Counted from the stretch's first letter, positions 9,369-19,920 are shown. The stretch is DNA of 64,000 nt from Nitrospirota bacterium (GCA_963703955.1 CAVPGK010000017.1:224001-288000); one strand, 5' to 3'. Notes: generated by a model from the letters alone, not told the origin. Made by a program: numbers and translations.

Positions 9369-10618
9369 CGCAACCTCAGGTCGTTATTATCGGCGGAGGG
9401 TTCGGAGGACTCACCGCCGCCCAATCTCTTCGTCGAGCGCCCGTCCGCATTGTCCTTGTCGACCGAACCAATCACCACCTATTTCAGCCACTGCTTTACC
9501 AGGTGGCGACCGCCGCATTATCACCGGGCGATATCGCCTCGCCGTTACGAACGATTCTCCGATCCCAACGGAATGTGCGCGTCGTGATGAATGAAGTCAC
9601 GGCCATCGATCGAACCCGGCGTCAGGTGATCCTTCGGGACGACACCTTGGCCTTTGACTACCTGATCGTTGCACCGGGAACCCGCCATTCGTATTTCGGG
9701 CACGATGAATGGGCGCAGCACGCGCCCGGGTTAAAAACGCTGGCGGATGCCCTCAAGATCCGAGAACAGGTCCTGGTGTCGTTCGAGCAGGCCGAGCGCA
9801 GGCTCAACACGCCGGAGGCCCGCAAGTATCTGACGTTTTGTGTTGTGGGAGGAGGCCCCACCGGCGTGGAGCTCGCCGGCGCGCTCGCGGAGATCGCCTG
9901 CCGGTCGATTGCTCCCGATTTTCCTTCACTGCGACCGGAGCAGATCTCGCTTGTGCTGCTGGAAGCCGGTAGCCGGATTCTGACCGGGTTTCAACCGGAG
10001 CTTTCCGCAAAGGCTCAGCGCTTGTTGGAAGAACTGGGCGTCGAGGTTTGGCTCAATAGCCCGGTCACGGACGTCACTGAGCACGGGGTCCATGCCGGGG
10101 GGATATTCATCGAAACGGTCAATGTGATTTGGGCGCCAGGGAATGTCGCGCCGGTGCTGTTGCGCTCACTTGAGGTCCCGTTGGGTCGTCAAGGGCACGT
10201 ACTTGTCGAAAAGGATCTCTCGATTCCCGGGGATCCCTCTATTTTTGTCATCGGGGATGCGGCCCTGATACTCGATGTGAATGGTCACCCCCTGCCGGCG
10301 CTGGCCCCCGTGGCTATGCAGCAGGCCAAATATGTCGCACGTCTTATCAGTTATCAGGTTCCCTCCGAAGAGAGGGAGGCGTTCCGATACGTGGACCGAG
10401 GCAGGCTCGCCACGATCGGGAAGGCAAAGGCCGTCGCTGAAATCGGGCGATTCCGGACGGCCGGCATGTTCGCGTGGCTAGTATGGTCCGTGGTCCACAT
10501 ATTTTTTCTGATCGGGTTTCGCAATCGCTTCCGCGTTATGTCCGAATGGGTCTGGTACTACCTCACCTTCCGACCCGGCGCGCGGCTGATCTATTCCAGG
10601 ATGCCTCCGGAGGAGTAA
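9365..10618 (+). CDS. ndh: Type II NADH dehydrogenase
   Basis: VVIIGGGFGG, HLFQPLLYQVAT, VVGGGPTGVELAG, IFVIGD; ATG 9365 overlaps the galE stop. Confidence 0.9.
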   Translation: MTQPQVVIIGGGFGGLTAAQSLRRAPVRIVLVDRTNHHLFQPLLYQVATAALSPGDIASPLRTILRSQRNVRVVMNEVTAIDRTRRQVILRDDTLAFDYLIVAPGTRHSYFGHDEWAQHAPGLKTLADALKIREQVLVSFEQAERRLNTPEARKYLTFCVVGGGPTGVELAGALAEIACRSIAPDFPSLRPEQISLVLLEAGSRILTGFQPELSAKAQRLLEELGVEVWLNSPVTDVTEHGVHAGGIFIETVNVIWAPGNVAPVLLRSLEVPLGRQGHVLVEKDLSIPGDPSIFVIGDAALILDVNGHPLPALAPVAMQQAKYVARLISYQVPSEEREAFRYVDRGRLATIGKAKAVAEIGRFRTAGMFAWLVWSVVHIFFLIGFRNRFRVMSEWVWYYLTFRPGARLIYSRMPPEE

Positions 10619-10622
10619 CGGA

Positions 10623-11093
10623 ATGGATCGGCGTCATATTCAAATTGCGCGGTTCCTTGCGCACCTGCTCGACGACTCGATCCGTATTCCCGGCACATCC
10701 TTTCGCATCGGACTCGACCCGCTGATCGGTCTGATCCCGGGGCTCGGCGATGCGATTGCCGGCCTCGGTGGGGCCATCATTCTTCTTTTCGCGGGACGGG
10801 TTCCGAAAATCGTGCTGGTACGGATGGGCTTGAACGTCGTCCTCAATAGTGTGCTCGGGGCGATCCCTGTGGTGGGCGATGTGTTTTCGGTATGGTTCAA
10901 GAGCAATCTCCGGAATGTGGACCTCCTTGAACGTCACAGCACTCTGAATGGGGCTCGACCGTCGACGGCGTCCGACTGGGTGTTTGTTCTTGGGCTCACG
11001 CTGGGAGTCCTGATTCTGATCGCCGGCGCTCTGGCCGCCATCATCTGGTTGATTCACCGAGCATGGCAGATGATGAACGGATCCCTCACATGA
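10623..11093 (+). CDS. DUF4112 membrane protein
   Basis: LLDDSIRIPGTSFRIGLDPLIGLIPGLGD...GDVFSVWFKSN. Confidence 0.88.
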   Translation: MDRRHIQIARFLAHLLDDSIRIPGTSFRIGLDPLIGLIPGLGDAIAGLGGAIILLFAGRVPKIVLVRMGLNVVLNSVLGAIPVVGDVFSVWFKSNLRNVDLLERHSTLNGARPSTASDWVFVLGLTLGVLILIAGALAAIIWLIHRAWQMMNGSLT

Positions 11094-11437
11094 GTGTCCG
11101 TCGTAGCCTACGGACGCTTCGGAAATGCAGAGAGTCCCTCGTCGTCGGCCCACTCGAGCTTTCGAGCCCGTGATCGCTCCATCAACGATCACAATAATTC
11201 CGTTTCCACCCCCTTTTGGTCACCTTTCTGTCAATCCTGGACAAAGAGATAGGATCCGGCCCTTAGGGTCCAATTCATTTCGAAAAGCCCCGGCCGTGTA
11301 GAGACAGCAGCCTGCCGCAAACAATTGTTTCGCTGCTTGGAGCAGGTGTCTATAATGAAATCACTGTCTGGTATGGGGAAGGCCATTGCGCCTACGCTCG
11401 AGCCTTTGTTACCCTTGCCCGTCCCAAGAGGTAGGTC

Positions 11438-12406
11438 ATGCAGTATCGTCGCCTAGGCAAAACAGGCTTTCAGGTGTCCGAAATCGGGTTCGGGGCGTGG
11501 GGCATCGGAAAGAGCTTCTGGGTCGGAGCCCGCGATCATGAGTCGATCGCTGCCCTGCATGCCGCTGTCGATGCGGGTGTCAACTTCATTGACACAGCGT
11601 TGGTGTATGGGCAGGGTCACAGTGAGTCGCTTGTCGGGCAGGTGGTTCGCGCACGGTCGGAGCGGATCTACGTCGCGACGAAAGTCCCGCCTTTGAACCA
11701 GCACTGGCCGGCCTTTCCGGAGGATCGTTTGCAGGAAACCTTTCCACCTTCCTACATCGTCGACTCAACCGAACAGAGCCTGCGCCATCTGAGACTCGAT
11801 TGCATCGATCTGCAGCAATTGCACGTATGGCGGGATGAATGGGTGGACGATCCGAGTTGGCTTGAGGCGTTTCAGCGGCTAAAGGCCGAAGGAAAGATCA
11901 GGGCAGTCGGCGTTTCGATCAATGACCACGAGCCGGAGACGGCGCTACGCTTGGTGCAAAGCGGGCTTATTGATACCGTCCAGGTGATTTTCAATGTGTT
12001 TGATCAGTCACCGACTCACGCATTATTCCCGGCGTGCCTCAAGCACGAGGTTGGAATCCTAGCGCGATGTCCGTTTGATGAAGGCGGTCTCACCGGTTCG
12101 ATCACTCCTCAGGTCACATTTCCGGAAGGAGACTGGCGGAACGATTACTTCCGGGACGATCGGAAGGCTCAGGTGGCCGACCGGGTGGAGGCCCTTGCCA
12201 CGCTTCTAGGTGAGGAAGCGCCCACGCTGCCGGAATTAGCGCTTCGGTTCTGCCTGGCCCATCCTGCCGTAAGCACCGTCATTCCGGGGATGCGGACGCG
12301 AGAGCATGTACGTGAGAATGTGATGGTCTCCGATGGACGCCGGCTCAGTGACGGTCTCTTGGCGGCGCTGAGCCGCCATACGTGGCAAAGAAATTTTTAC
12401 GATTAA
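11438..12406 (+). CDS. Aldo/keto reductase
   Basis: VSEIGFGAW, GVNFIDTALVYG, VATKV, IDLQQLH, STVIPG. Confidence 0.93.
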   Translation: MQYRRLGKTGFQVSEIGFGAWGIGKSFWVGARDHESIAALHAAVDAGVNFIDTALVYGQGHSESLVGQVVRARSERIYVATKVPPLNQHWPAFPEDRLQETFPPSYIVDSTEQSLRHLRLDCIDLQQLHVWRDEWVDDPSWLEAFQRLKAEGKIRAVGVSINDHEPETALRLVQSGLIDTVQVIFNVFDQSPTHALFPACLKHEVGILARCPFDEGGLTGSITPQVTFPEGDWRNDYFRDDRKAQVADRVEALATLLGEEAPTLPELALRFCLAHPAVSTVIPGMRTREHVRENVMVSDGRRLSDGLLAALSRHTWQRNFYD

Positions 12407-12428
12407 TCTCACAGTCGCGAACTGACTT

Positions 12429-13532
12429 ATGGAGGACGCTGCCCCAGACGCGAAAGCGGCTCGGAAGGGGAAGAGGCGATCACTAAAGGCCGGACTACCC
12501 CCCGGCACGCTTGTCCACATCGGCGAGCAGAAGACCGAAAAAGTACGCCTGACATTGATGCAATTTAATGAGGTCGGCTGCGGCGAACATGAATTGAAGA
12601 CCATCGAGGACGTCCTCTCGACTTTGTCCGCAACGGAGCCCGGAATGGTGACATGGCTGGATGTCGGCGGTATTCATGACCTGACCATGATTGAGCGACT
12701 CGGCGCGTTCTATCATTTGCACCCCTTGCTCCTCGAGGACATTGTCAACACCGAGCAGCGACCGAAGGCGGAAGACTACGGCGACTTCGGTTATATTGTT
12801 CTAAAAATGCTCTATTGCGGCGCCGCGCGCACGACGATCTACACGGAACAGGTCAGTGTGGTGTACGGGACCCGCCTCGTGCTGTCCTTCCAAGAGAATG
12901 GAGGCGATGTGTTTTCGCCTATCCGGGAGCGGCTGCGAACCGGCAAGGGACGCCTTCGCCAGTCGAGCGCCGATTACCTCTTGTATTCTTTGGTCGATGC
13001 CATCATCGACAGCTACTTTGCCGTGCTGGAGGTCTTGGGAGAGAGAAGTGAGCAGGTGGAAGAACGGTTGTTAGCTGACCCAAGACAACAAACGCTTCGG
13101 GAGATTTATGCGCTGAAGCGGGAACTGTTGTTCGTGCGCCGGGCCGTGTGGCCTTTGCGCGAGGTCATGAGCAACGTTCAGCGGGGAGACTCTCGGTTGA
13201 TCGCTGACGGCACCCGGCCGTATTTCCGGGATGTCTATGATCACACGATCCAAGTCATCGATACGGTGGAGGCCTTGCGGGACATGGCGGCTAGTATGCT
13301 GGACATTTATCTTTCCAGCATCAGCAACCGGATGACCTCAGTGATGAAAGTCCTGGCGGTCATTACCACCATCTTCATGCCGCTGACCTTCATCGCCGGA
13401 ATATACGGGATGAACTTCAAGTACATGCCGGAACTCGACTGGCAGTGGGGCTATCCACTCGTGCTGTTTGCCATGGGTGTTATCGGAGCGTTCATGGCGC
13501 TGTATTTCAAGAGAAAGAAATGGTTGGAGTGA
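12429..13532 (+). CDS. corA: Magnesium/cobalt transporter CorA
   Basis: GLPPGTL, HPLLLEDI, QRPK, YGMNF signature, two C-terminal TMs. Confidence 0.95.
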   Translation: MEDAAPDAKAARKGKRRSLKAGLPPGTLVHIGEQKTEKVRLTLMQFNEVGCGEHELKTIEDVLSTLSATEPGMVTWLDVGGIHDLTMIERLGAFYHLHPLLLEDIVNTEQRPKAEDYGDFGYIVLKMLYCGAARTTIYTEQVSVVYGTRLVLSFQENGGDVFSPIRERLRTGKGRLRQSSADYLLYSLVDAIIDSYFAVLEVLGERSEQVEERLLADPRQQTLREIYALKRELLFVRRAVWPLREVMSNVQRGDSRLIADGTRPYFRDVYDHTIQVIDTVEALRDMAASMLDIYLSSISNRMTSVMKVLAVITTIFMPLTFIAGIYGMNFKYMPELDWQWGYPLVLFAMGVIGAFMALYFKRKKWLE

Positions 13533-13802
13533 TATCGTTCTGCTGCGGTTCTCCTACGAATCCCTACTCCTTCGACTGACACGCAAGACTACGGCTCCCC
13601 GGACAGCTTATCCCACCTGGGACAATGTGTTATTCGCACGATCTCATGCGCGTGAGTGAAGTTATTTCACTTCAGCTCTCCGACGATCGACAAGGCGCTC
13701 TCGTAGTCTCTTCTCCCAAGCTGAGGCGTTAGGCGTAGCGAAACGTGGCTCAGTTTATCTGCCGGGAAAGCGCGACTCTACGGCACCCCTTGTTTATCCT
13801 AC

Positions 13803-13818
13803 CGGCACACCCTTTGCT
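13803..13818 (+). promoter_or_regulatory. sigma54 promoter
   Basis: CGGCACACCCTTTGCT, near-consensus. Confidence 0.75.
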
Positions 13819-13942
13819 TGATTCTCACCGGAGAGTCGCAACAACTCGTCAATAGAATAGAGAATAGTATTGGCAACTAACTCAGCCATTGTCGACTGAC
13901 TTGGCGAAAGAGCGATCGAACAATGAAAGGAGGAGATTTTCA

Positions 13943-14542
13943 ATGCGCCACCATAAATCGTCTAAGGCAACAGTGCCGCTCTTGTTCTTGCTGGCCGGCG
14001 CGGTCTCGTTGCCGTTCCACTCACGCCTTCACCGGGTGAAGCCTTGAATATTTTTGAGGACATTGACTCGGGCTTGCTCTCGATTGGAGGTCGCGCGACG
14101 TATTACGATCCACATGACGCGAATGGCGATTGGTATGGAGGCGCTCAGGTTCGCCTGTACTTGTTCGAGTATCTAGCCTTTGAAGGGTCGGCTGACTACC
14201 GGCAAAATGATTTCGACAGCACTCGCGTGCGCAGCTATCCAGTCCAAGTGTCGGCGCTCATCTATCCATTCGGAACCCGACGTCTCAGTCCATTTCTCCT
14301 AGGCGGCGGAGGATGGTACTACACGAACGTGGATGGGCCAAGCGGAAGCGATACCCAAAATCGATTTGGCGCTCACGCGGGCGGGCGGGCTTCAATTCTG
14401 GATCACCAATCGTGTTTCAGTCGACAGCACCTATCGGTACATTTGGCTGGAAAAAGTCGAATCCCAAAATCAGAACATCCAGGATAAGAAGTTCAATGAC
14501 AACGGTCATATGGTCACGATCGGTCTGAACTTCCACTTCTAG
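13943..14542 (+). CDS. Outer-membrane beta-barrel protein, two frameshifts (probable sequence errors)
   Basis: AAGGAGGAG RBS and signal peptide from 13943; body in the 14044 frame; C-terminus ...TIGLNFHF in the 14333 frame; breaks at about 14000-14020 and 14380-14390. Confidence 0.75.
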
Positions 14543-14565
14543 AGAAGAGCGGCGATCGCGTGATG

Positions 14566-14597
14566 CGACGGGGATCCGGCCCCCCGGATCCCCGTCG
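14566..14597 (+). terminator. Strong hairpin after OMP gene
   Basis: 14-bp perfect stem CGACGGGGATCCGG / CCGGATCCCCGTCG. Confidence 0.7.
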
Positions 14598-14647
14598 TCA
14601 TATTTCCGCCCTTTGTCCTGCTTCTACCGTCTGCTACAATGCCGCGC

Positions 14648-15091
14648 ATGAAAAAGTTCGTAGCCTTGATTTTGCTGATGCTCTGCTCTGCGATCGTTCA
14701 GTCAGCGCCGCCCCAAACCGATTCCGCCAAGCGCCTGTACGACCGCGTGATGAAGGAGTTCCAGGACAAAGACTATGAGGCGGCCCTTGCAGGGTTTCGA
14801 TTTTTTCTGGCTCTGCATGGGAAATCCTCGCTCGCTTCGAGTGCGCAGTATTGGGTCGGCGAATGCGAGTTTCGTCTAGGACGCTATCAGGACGCGATGC
14901 AATCCTTCGAGCTGGTGCTCGCGCGCTACCCTTCGAGCCCCAAAGTAGCCGCTGCGACGTTGAAGAAAGCGCTGACATACGAGAAGCTCGGCCAGGTTCA
15001 CGAATCTCGCATTCTGCTGGAGCGCATCATGTTGGATTTTCCGGACACACAGGAAGCGGAGCTGGCGAGAAAAGCCCTCAAGCGCCCGTAG
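14648..15091 (+). CDS. CpoB/YbgF-like TPR protein (secreted)
   Basis: Signal peptide MKKFVALILL; TPRs highly similar to 11-589. Confidence 0.85.
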   Translation: MKKFVALILLMLCSAIVQSAPPQTDSAKRLYDRVMKEFQDKDYEAALAGFRFFLALHGKSSLASSAQYWVGECEFRLGRYQDAMQSFELVLARYPSSPKVAAATLKKALTYEKLGQVHESRILLERIMLDFPDTQEAELARKALKRP

Positions 15092-15101
15092 GAGCAACCA
15101 C

Positions 15102-15638
15102 CTAGTCGATCGGTTCGATATCCAACAGGGCTGCCATCTCCGGAACAGATGCGGTTTGCTGAGGGGAGACTCTCACGATCTCGATGCCAGCCATCTTCAG
15201 GACCTCGTCAATCAATCGATTTCTGGTCTGCCGCTGCGAATGCGCTTGTGCCGGATCTTCCAATTCAACGACTTTGACGACCGCCAGCGTTCCGGGATGG
15301 ACCAGGACAAAGTCCACGCGCTTGAGTGCGATCTGATTCAGGAACGCCTGTCTGGCCTTTGAATCGGTCGATGTCACGTCGACCAGACACCAGATTGGGA
15401 TTTGCGAAAAGATCAAATAAGTGTCCTCCGCCGCGAGACGAAGGAGATTGTAAAATGAGGCTTCTGCTTGAGTCATCAAGGGCTGCCGTGCGACGGAAAT
15501 TCCGGAAGGGATGACCGATTCACGGCCGGGTAGGGCGTCGGCTCGTCGGCTCGTCACGACCTTTCCAATCCAGAACGCGAGAAGAATGGTCGCGATGACG
15601 ACGACCAGGATCGGGATCGTTGCTTCTTGCAGCATCAA
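15102..15638 (-). CDS. DUF2726 domain protein
   Basis: N-terminal TM; LMTQAEASFY, KRVDFVL, VVELED, EVLKMAGIEIVR. Confidence 0.85.
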   Translation of the reverse strand: MMLQEATIPILVVVIATILLAFWIGKVVTSRRADALPGRESVIPSGISVARQPLMTQAEASFYNLLRLAAEDTYLIFSQIPIWCLVDVTSTDSKARQAFLNQIALKRVDFVLVHPGTLAVVKVVELEDPAQAHSQRQTRNRLIDEVLKMAGIEIVRVSPQQTASVPEMAALLDIEPID

Positions 15639-15651
15639 CCCCCCACGATCG

Positions 15652-16845
15652 TCATCGGCGACCCGAGTTCCATCGTCCAGGGATGATCTTGCCTAGGACG
15701 ACCGGATGGACCGCGCCGGTAACCGACGGCACGTTCCCGCATTCTCCGCGCACTGTCTGGTAGGCGAGAACCGCAAATGCGATCGCCTCAAACCCCTTGC
15801 TCTCCCAGCCGAGATCGTCCAACCGTTTCACCGACGCGGGCTCGAAGACCGCGGCCAGGTCCGCCATCAAGGTTCGATTCAACGCGCCTCCGCCGCCGAC
15901 AATCACTTCGTCGACGGCTCCCTGAAGCCAGCGCCGGGCTCCGCCGACCGACATCGCTGTAAAGAGTGCGGCCGTCGCAAGCAAGTCCTGAGGGCGATCC
16001 TGTTCTCGCCCTCTCGACAACACCTGGGCCAGGAATTTCTCTCCGAACTCTTCGCGGCCGGTCGATTTCGGCGGCCGCTGGCGCAGGAACGGATGGGCCA
16101 GGAGTTTCTGTAGCAACCGGGGGTTCGCGACGCCCTGGCTTGCCATCCGGCCTCCACGATCCATGGACAGGCGACCTGCGGACAGTCGGTGCATGAGCGC
16201 ATCGAGCACCATGTTTCCTGGACCCGTATCAAAGGCGCGAACGGCATTTAGGCTGCCGCCAGCCGGAAGATAGGTGACGTTGCCGATCCCTCCGAGGTTG
16301 ACGATCAAACGCGAGCGACTCGGGTGCCGAAGGAGCACGTGATGAACATACGGCGTCAAGGGCGCGCCCTGACCGCCAGCGGCGACATCCCGCGGGCGAA
16401 AATCGGCCACGGTCGTAATGCCGGTCCGCTCTGCGATGATCGAGGGCTCAGCGATTTGAAGTGTGGAACGGATTCGGCCGAGGCCCGCCTCGGGCGTCGG
16501 GGTCGGCAGGTGATGAATGGTTTGCCCGTGCGAGCCGATCAGATCGACTTGCGATGAGTTGAGACCGACGTGTGTGATGATTCGAAGCGCCGCACGCGCG
16601 AACCATTCGCCGAGCACCGCGTTGAGATGGCACACATCGGTAACGGTGCCTTTGACAGCAGCAGCAAGAATCCGCTCTCGCAACCTTCGCGGATAGGGGT
16701 AAGCCCGAAACGCGAGCGGGCTCACATGTAGGTCATGACCGGTTCCGCTGATCCGCACGACCGCTGCATCCACCCCATCCCCAGATGTCCCCGACATCAA
16801 CCCGACCACGGTCATGCGGCTCTTCTTAGCGGCGCGCCTGTTCAT
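15652..16845 (-). CDS. anmK: Anhydro-N-acetylmuramic acid kinase
   Basis: GLMSGTSGDGVD, GSHGQT, GGQGAPL, NLGGIGN, FDTGPGN, PPKSTGRE. Confidence 0.96.
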   Translation of the reverse strand: MNRRAAKKSRMTVVGLMSGTSGDGVDAAVVRISGTGHDLHVSPLAFRAYPYPRRLRERILAAAVKGTVTDVCHLNAVLGEWFARAALRIITHVGLNSSQVDLIGSHGQTIHHLPTPTPEAGLGRIRSTLQIAEPSIIAERTGITTVADFRPRDVAAGGQGAPLTPYVHHVLLRHPSRSRLIVNLGGIGNVTYLPAGGSLNAVRAFDTGPGNMVLDALMHRLSAGRLSMDRGGRMASQGVANPRLLQKLLAHPFLRQRPPKSTGREEFGEKFLAQVLSRGREQDRPQDLLATAALFTAMSVGGARRWLQGAVDEVIVGGGGALNRTLMADLAAVFEPASVKRLDDLGWESKGFEAIAFAVLAYQTVRGECGNVPSVTGAVHPVVLGKIIPGRWNSGRR

Positions 16846-16943
16846 CGAGAGGTTCTCTTTGCCAAGTGATCCCGGTGAAGAAGCGCGGGTACGCTATCCG
16901 AAGTCATGACACGGGGTCAAGCGCTCTTCTTTCTGTGTCCCTA

Positions 16944-17100
16944 AGCGGGTGTGGCTGGCATGGGTGCGACTGCGCGCGTCCCGCGGAAGAGAGCGCGTCC
17001 TGGCGCGCTTGGGGAGGGCGGGAGAGATGGCGCGCCTGGGGCGTGGTGGGTGAGAACAGCGCGGTGCTCGAGCAAGCCGACCATGCCAGCCACCCCCGCT
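16944..17100. mobile_element. MITE-like element with about 20-bp TIRs and GC-rich core
   Basis: AGCGGGTGTGGCTGGCATGG ... CCATGCCAGCCACCCCCGCT; internal core shared with 20037-20083 and 23014-23060. Confidence 0.65.
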
Positions 17101-17148
17101 CCCTCCGTTCGTTGACTTTCCAAAATCGCGATGTTACGGTCCCGCCCC

Positions 17149-18087
17149 ATGCATCTTCGAATCGTCTCACTAGCAATCTTACCGACCGTCGGATCTATGC
17201 TGGCGTTGAGCGCCGTCGATCCCGCATCAGCCGAACCCCGAAAGCCGGTCGGTCCGATCAGCGTGGTAGCCACCATTCCTGTACTGAAGGATTTTGCCGA
17301 TCATATCGGCGGTCGGCACGTTCGCGTCATCTCGCTGCTGTCGGGATCGGAAAACGAGCATACCTATTCACCGAAGCCGAGCGATGTCGTGGCGATCAGG
17401 AATGCGCGGGTGCTGCTCGAAGTCGGGGTGGGTCTGGAGGTCTGGGTCACGGCTCTCGTGAAGGGCGCCGGGAATGCGACCCTTCGCGTTGTGACGACCT
17501 CCAAGGGCATTGCGTTGATCCGTGAGTACGAACCGGATGGTGCGAACCGGAGCATCCAAGAGAGCCATCACACCGGCAATCCACATGTCTGGCTGGACCC
17601 GGAGAACGCCAAAGTTATGATGCGGCATATTACCGAAGCGTTCATCAAGGTTGATCCAGGTCACGCGTCCGACTATCGCGAGAACCAGGCCGCTTACCTG
17701 CGGCAGCTCGACCAACTCCAGGCGGAACTGATCGAGCGTCTTCGGACGGTGACGGACCGACGGATCATCGTTCATCATCCGGCATGGCCGTATTTCGCCC
17801 GGCGATTCGGCTTCCGGATTGCCGATGAAATCGTGACGCAAGCCGGCGCGGAGCCATCGGCCAATCACCTGCACGCGCTGATCAGCCGCATTCAGAAGGA
17901 CCGCATCCGCGTTATCGTGTCGGAGCCCCAGTTGAACCAAAAGATCCCCGAGGTGCTGGCGCGCGAGACGGGCGCTCGGATCGTCGTGCTCACCCCGCTC
18001 CCGGGCGGGCTCCCGGGAACGGAGACCTATCTCGATATGCTTCGGTATGATGTCTTACAATTGGCCAAAGCCCTCGAAACGTCTTAG
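17149..18087 (+). CDS. Zn/Mn ABC transporter substrate-binding protein (ZnuA/TroA family)
   Basis: NEHTYSP, NPHVWLDP, VHHPAW, GAEPS; start 17131 or 17149. Confidence 0.92.
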   Translation: MHLRIVSLAILPTVGSMLALSAVDPASAEPRKPVGPISVVATIPVLKDFADHIGGRHVRVISLLSGSENEHTYSPKPSDVVAIRNARVLLEVGVGLEVWVTALVKGAGNATLRVVTTSKGIALIREYEPDGANRSIQESHHTGNPHVWLDPENAKVMMRHITEAFIKVDPGHASDYRENQAAYLRQLDQLQAELIERLRTVTDRRIIVHHPAWPYFARRFGFRIADEIVTQAGAEPSANHLHALISRIQKDRIRVIVSEPQLNQKIPEVLARETGARIVVLTPLPGGLPGTETYLDMLRYDVLQLAKALETS

Positions 18088-18180
18088 CAGAATGTCACAC
18101 GTCGTCATGTCTACGACTCCGAGCATTCGGCGACCTTAGGACCTTTAGACTTGAAGACATTAGGACCTGGTATTCAGGCC

Positions 18181-18963
18181 ATGGTACGCCCAATCATTCG
18201 GTTCTCCCACGCTTCGTTCGGATTCCCAGGGGTCATCGCGCTGCAAGACATCTCCCTCGAGATCGCCGAAGGAGAGTTCATCGGCGTCATCGGTCCGAAC
18301 GGGTCCGGCAAGACCACACTGTGCCGTGCGGTGCTGGGACTCATGCCTCCTCTCAGAGGAAGCTTGCAGATTTTCGACTGTGCCTGCGAGAAGCTCCAGT
18401 GCTTCCATCGGGCGAAGATCGGATACCTTCCGCAGAAAGGTACGCTCGACAAACACTTTCCGATCACCGTGCTGGAGACCGTCATGATGGGACGGTCGGG
18501 GGTCTTGGGCCTGTTTAAGCGACCCGGCAGGCCGGATCGCGACCTTGCGCGGGAGGCCCTCTCCCACGTCGGGATGCTCGACCATGAAAACACGGCCTTA
18601 GGGCAATTGTCCGGCGGGCAGCAGCAGCGGGTGTTCATTGCACGGGCGTTGGCGCAGCAGCCACAGGTGTTGCTGCTCGATGAGCCGACGACCGGGATCG
18701 ATATCGTCACCCAGCACAGCGTGCTCGATTTGATCCAGCGCTTGCACCGCGATCTGGGGCTGACGGTTCTCCTGATCACGCATGACATCAATATGATTCG
18801 GGCCCACGTCGATCGGCTGGTCCTGCTTAAGACGAAACTCTTTGCGGCCGGGCCGCCCGAGGATGTCCTCAAGCCGGATATCCTCCAGCAGGTCTACGGA
18901 AAGGAACTGGTGATCACAGAGAAAGATCTGATCATTGTCGAGGATTACCATCACCACACGTAG
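18181..18963 (+). CDS. Zn/Mn ABC transporter ATPase (ZnuC-like)
   Basis: GPNGSGKTT, LSGGQQQR, LLLDEP; CACEKLQC insert; HHH tail. Confidence 0.92.
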   Translation: MVRPIIRFSHASFGFPGVIALQDISLEIAEGEFIGVIGPNGSGKTTLCRAVLGLMPPLRGSLQIFDCACEKLQCFHRAKIGYLPQKGTLDKHFPITVLETVMMGRSGVLGLFKRPGRPDRDLAREALSHVGMLDHENTALGQLSGGQQQRVFIARALAQQPQVLLLDEPTTGIDIVTQHSVLDLIQRLHRDLGLTVLLITHDINMIRAHVDRLVLLKTKLFAAGPPEDVLKPDILQQVYGKELVITEKDLIIVEDYHHHT

Positions 18964-19089
18964 CAGACGCTGAAACAGGCCCCCAGCTTCGTTCTCAGTC
19001 GCGCGTACCACTCAACGTACTTGTCCAGTACGCCACGTGGTTCGCGCATCCCTGCGGCCTCGCTGGATCGCCTGTTTGAGCATCTGCTT
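18961..19089. mobile_element. MITE-like element, family A copy 1
   Basis: TIRs TAGCAGACGCTGAAACAGG / CCTGTTTGAGCATCTGCTT; internal TCTCAGTCGCG and CGTAC..GTACG shared with 20016-20186 and 46402-46522. Confidence 0.7.
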
Positions 19090-19101
19090 GGCGACTTAAG
19101 C

Positions 19102-19920
19102 ATGCTTGAGATGCTTTCATATGACTTTATGCAGCGGTCGTTGATGGCCGCGGGGCTGGTGGGCGCGCTGTGCTCGGTGATCGGCGTGTTTGTCGTGCTG
19201 CGGGGGCTGGCCTTTGTCGGAGCCGGAACCGCGCATGCCGCCTTCGCCGGGGTTGCGCTTGCTTATTTGGTCGGATGGCCGCCGCTTCTGCTGGCGATCG
19301 TGTTCGGCTTAGCCACGGTCTGGACGACCGGCCTGATGGAGGAACAAGGGCGAATGAAGTTGGACGTGTCGATCGGTATTCTCTATACGGCCACCATGGC
19401 GCTCGCTATTCTCTTCATCGGCTTGATGAAGACGTACAATGCCGAGGTCTACGGCTATCTGTTCGGGAGCGTCCTCTCGGTCACGCCGGAGGAACTGCGC
19501 GTGGTGCTGGTGTTGAGCTTGGTAGTACTCGGCGTGATCGTGCTCTTTTCCAAAGAACTTTACTTCATCGCCTTCGATCAGGAGATGGCCGAAGCCTCAG
19601 GCGTGCCGGCGCGAAAGATTTTCTATCTCTTACTGACGCTCGTGGCGCTGACGACGGTCGTGTCCCTGAAAACGGTCGGCGCCATCTTAGTCTTTGCCAT
19701 GGTATTAATCCCAGCGTCCACGGCCTATCAACTTACCCACAGCCTCAGCCATATGACAGCCTATTCCGTGGTCATCGGCACCACCTGCGCCATCGCCGGC
19801 GTCCTGCTCTCCTATCTCTGGGACGTGCCCACCGGTCCGGCGATTGTACTGCTGGCCACTGTGGTTTTCTTCTTGTCGGTGTTGCTCTCACCCAAGCGTC
19901 TGAGGCGGGCGCAGGTCTAA
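19102..19920 (+). CDS. Zn/Mn ABC transporter permease (ZnuB-like)
   Basis: FMQRSL, AHAAFAGVA, YLFGSVL, FDQEMA, multiple TMs. Confidence 0.92.
   Translation: MLEMLSYDFMQRSLMAAGLVGALCSVIGVFVVLRGLAFVGAGTAHAAFAGVALAYLVGWPPLLLAIVFGLATVWTTGLMEEQGRMKLDVSIGILYTATMALAILFIGLMKTYNAEVYGYLFGSVLSVTPEELRVVLVLSLVVLGVIVLFSKELYFIAFDQEMAEASGVPARKIFYLLLTLVALTTVVSLKTVGAILVFAMVLIPASTAYQLTHSLSHMTAYSVVIGTTCAIAGVLLSYLWDVPTGPAIVLLATVVFFLSVLLSPKRLRRAQV

Noticed and set aside
13943..14542. Phase variation of the OMP gene at GCGG repeats
   Set aside because: Only about three repeat units plus a second unrelated break; error more parsimonious
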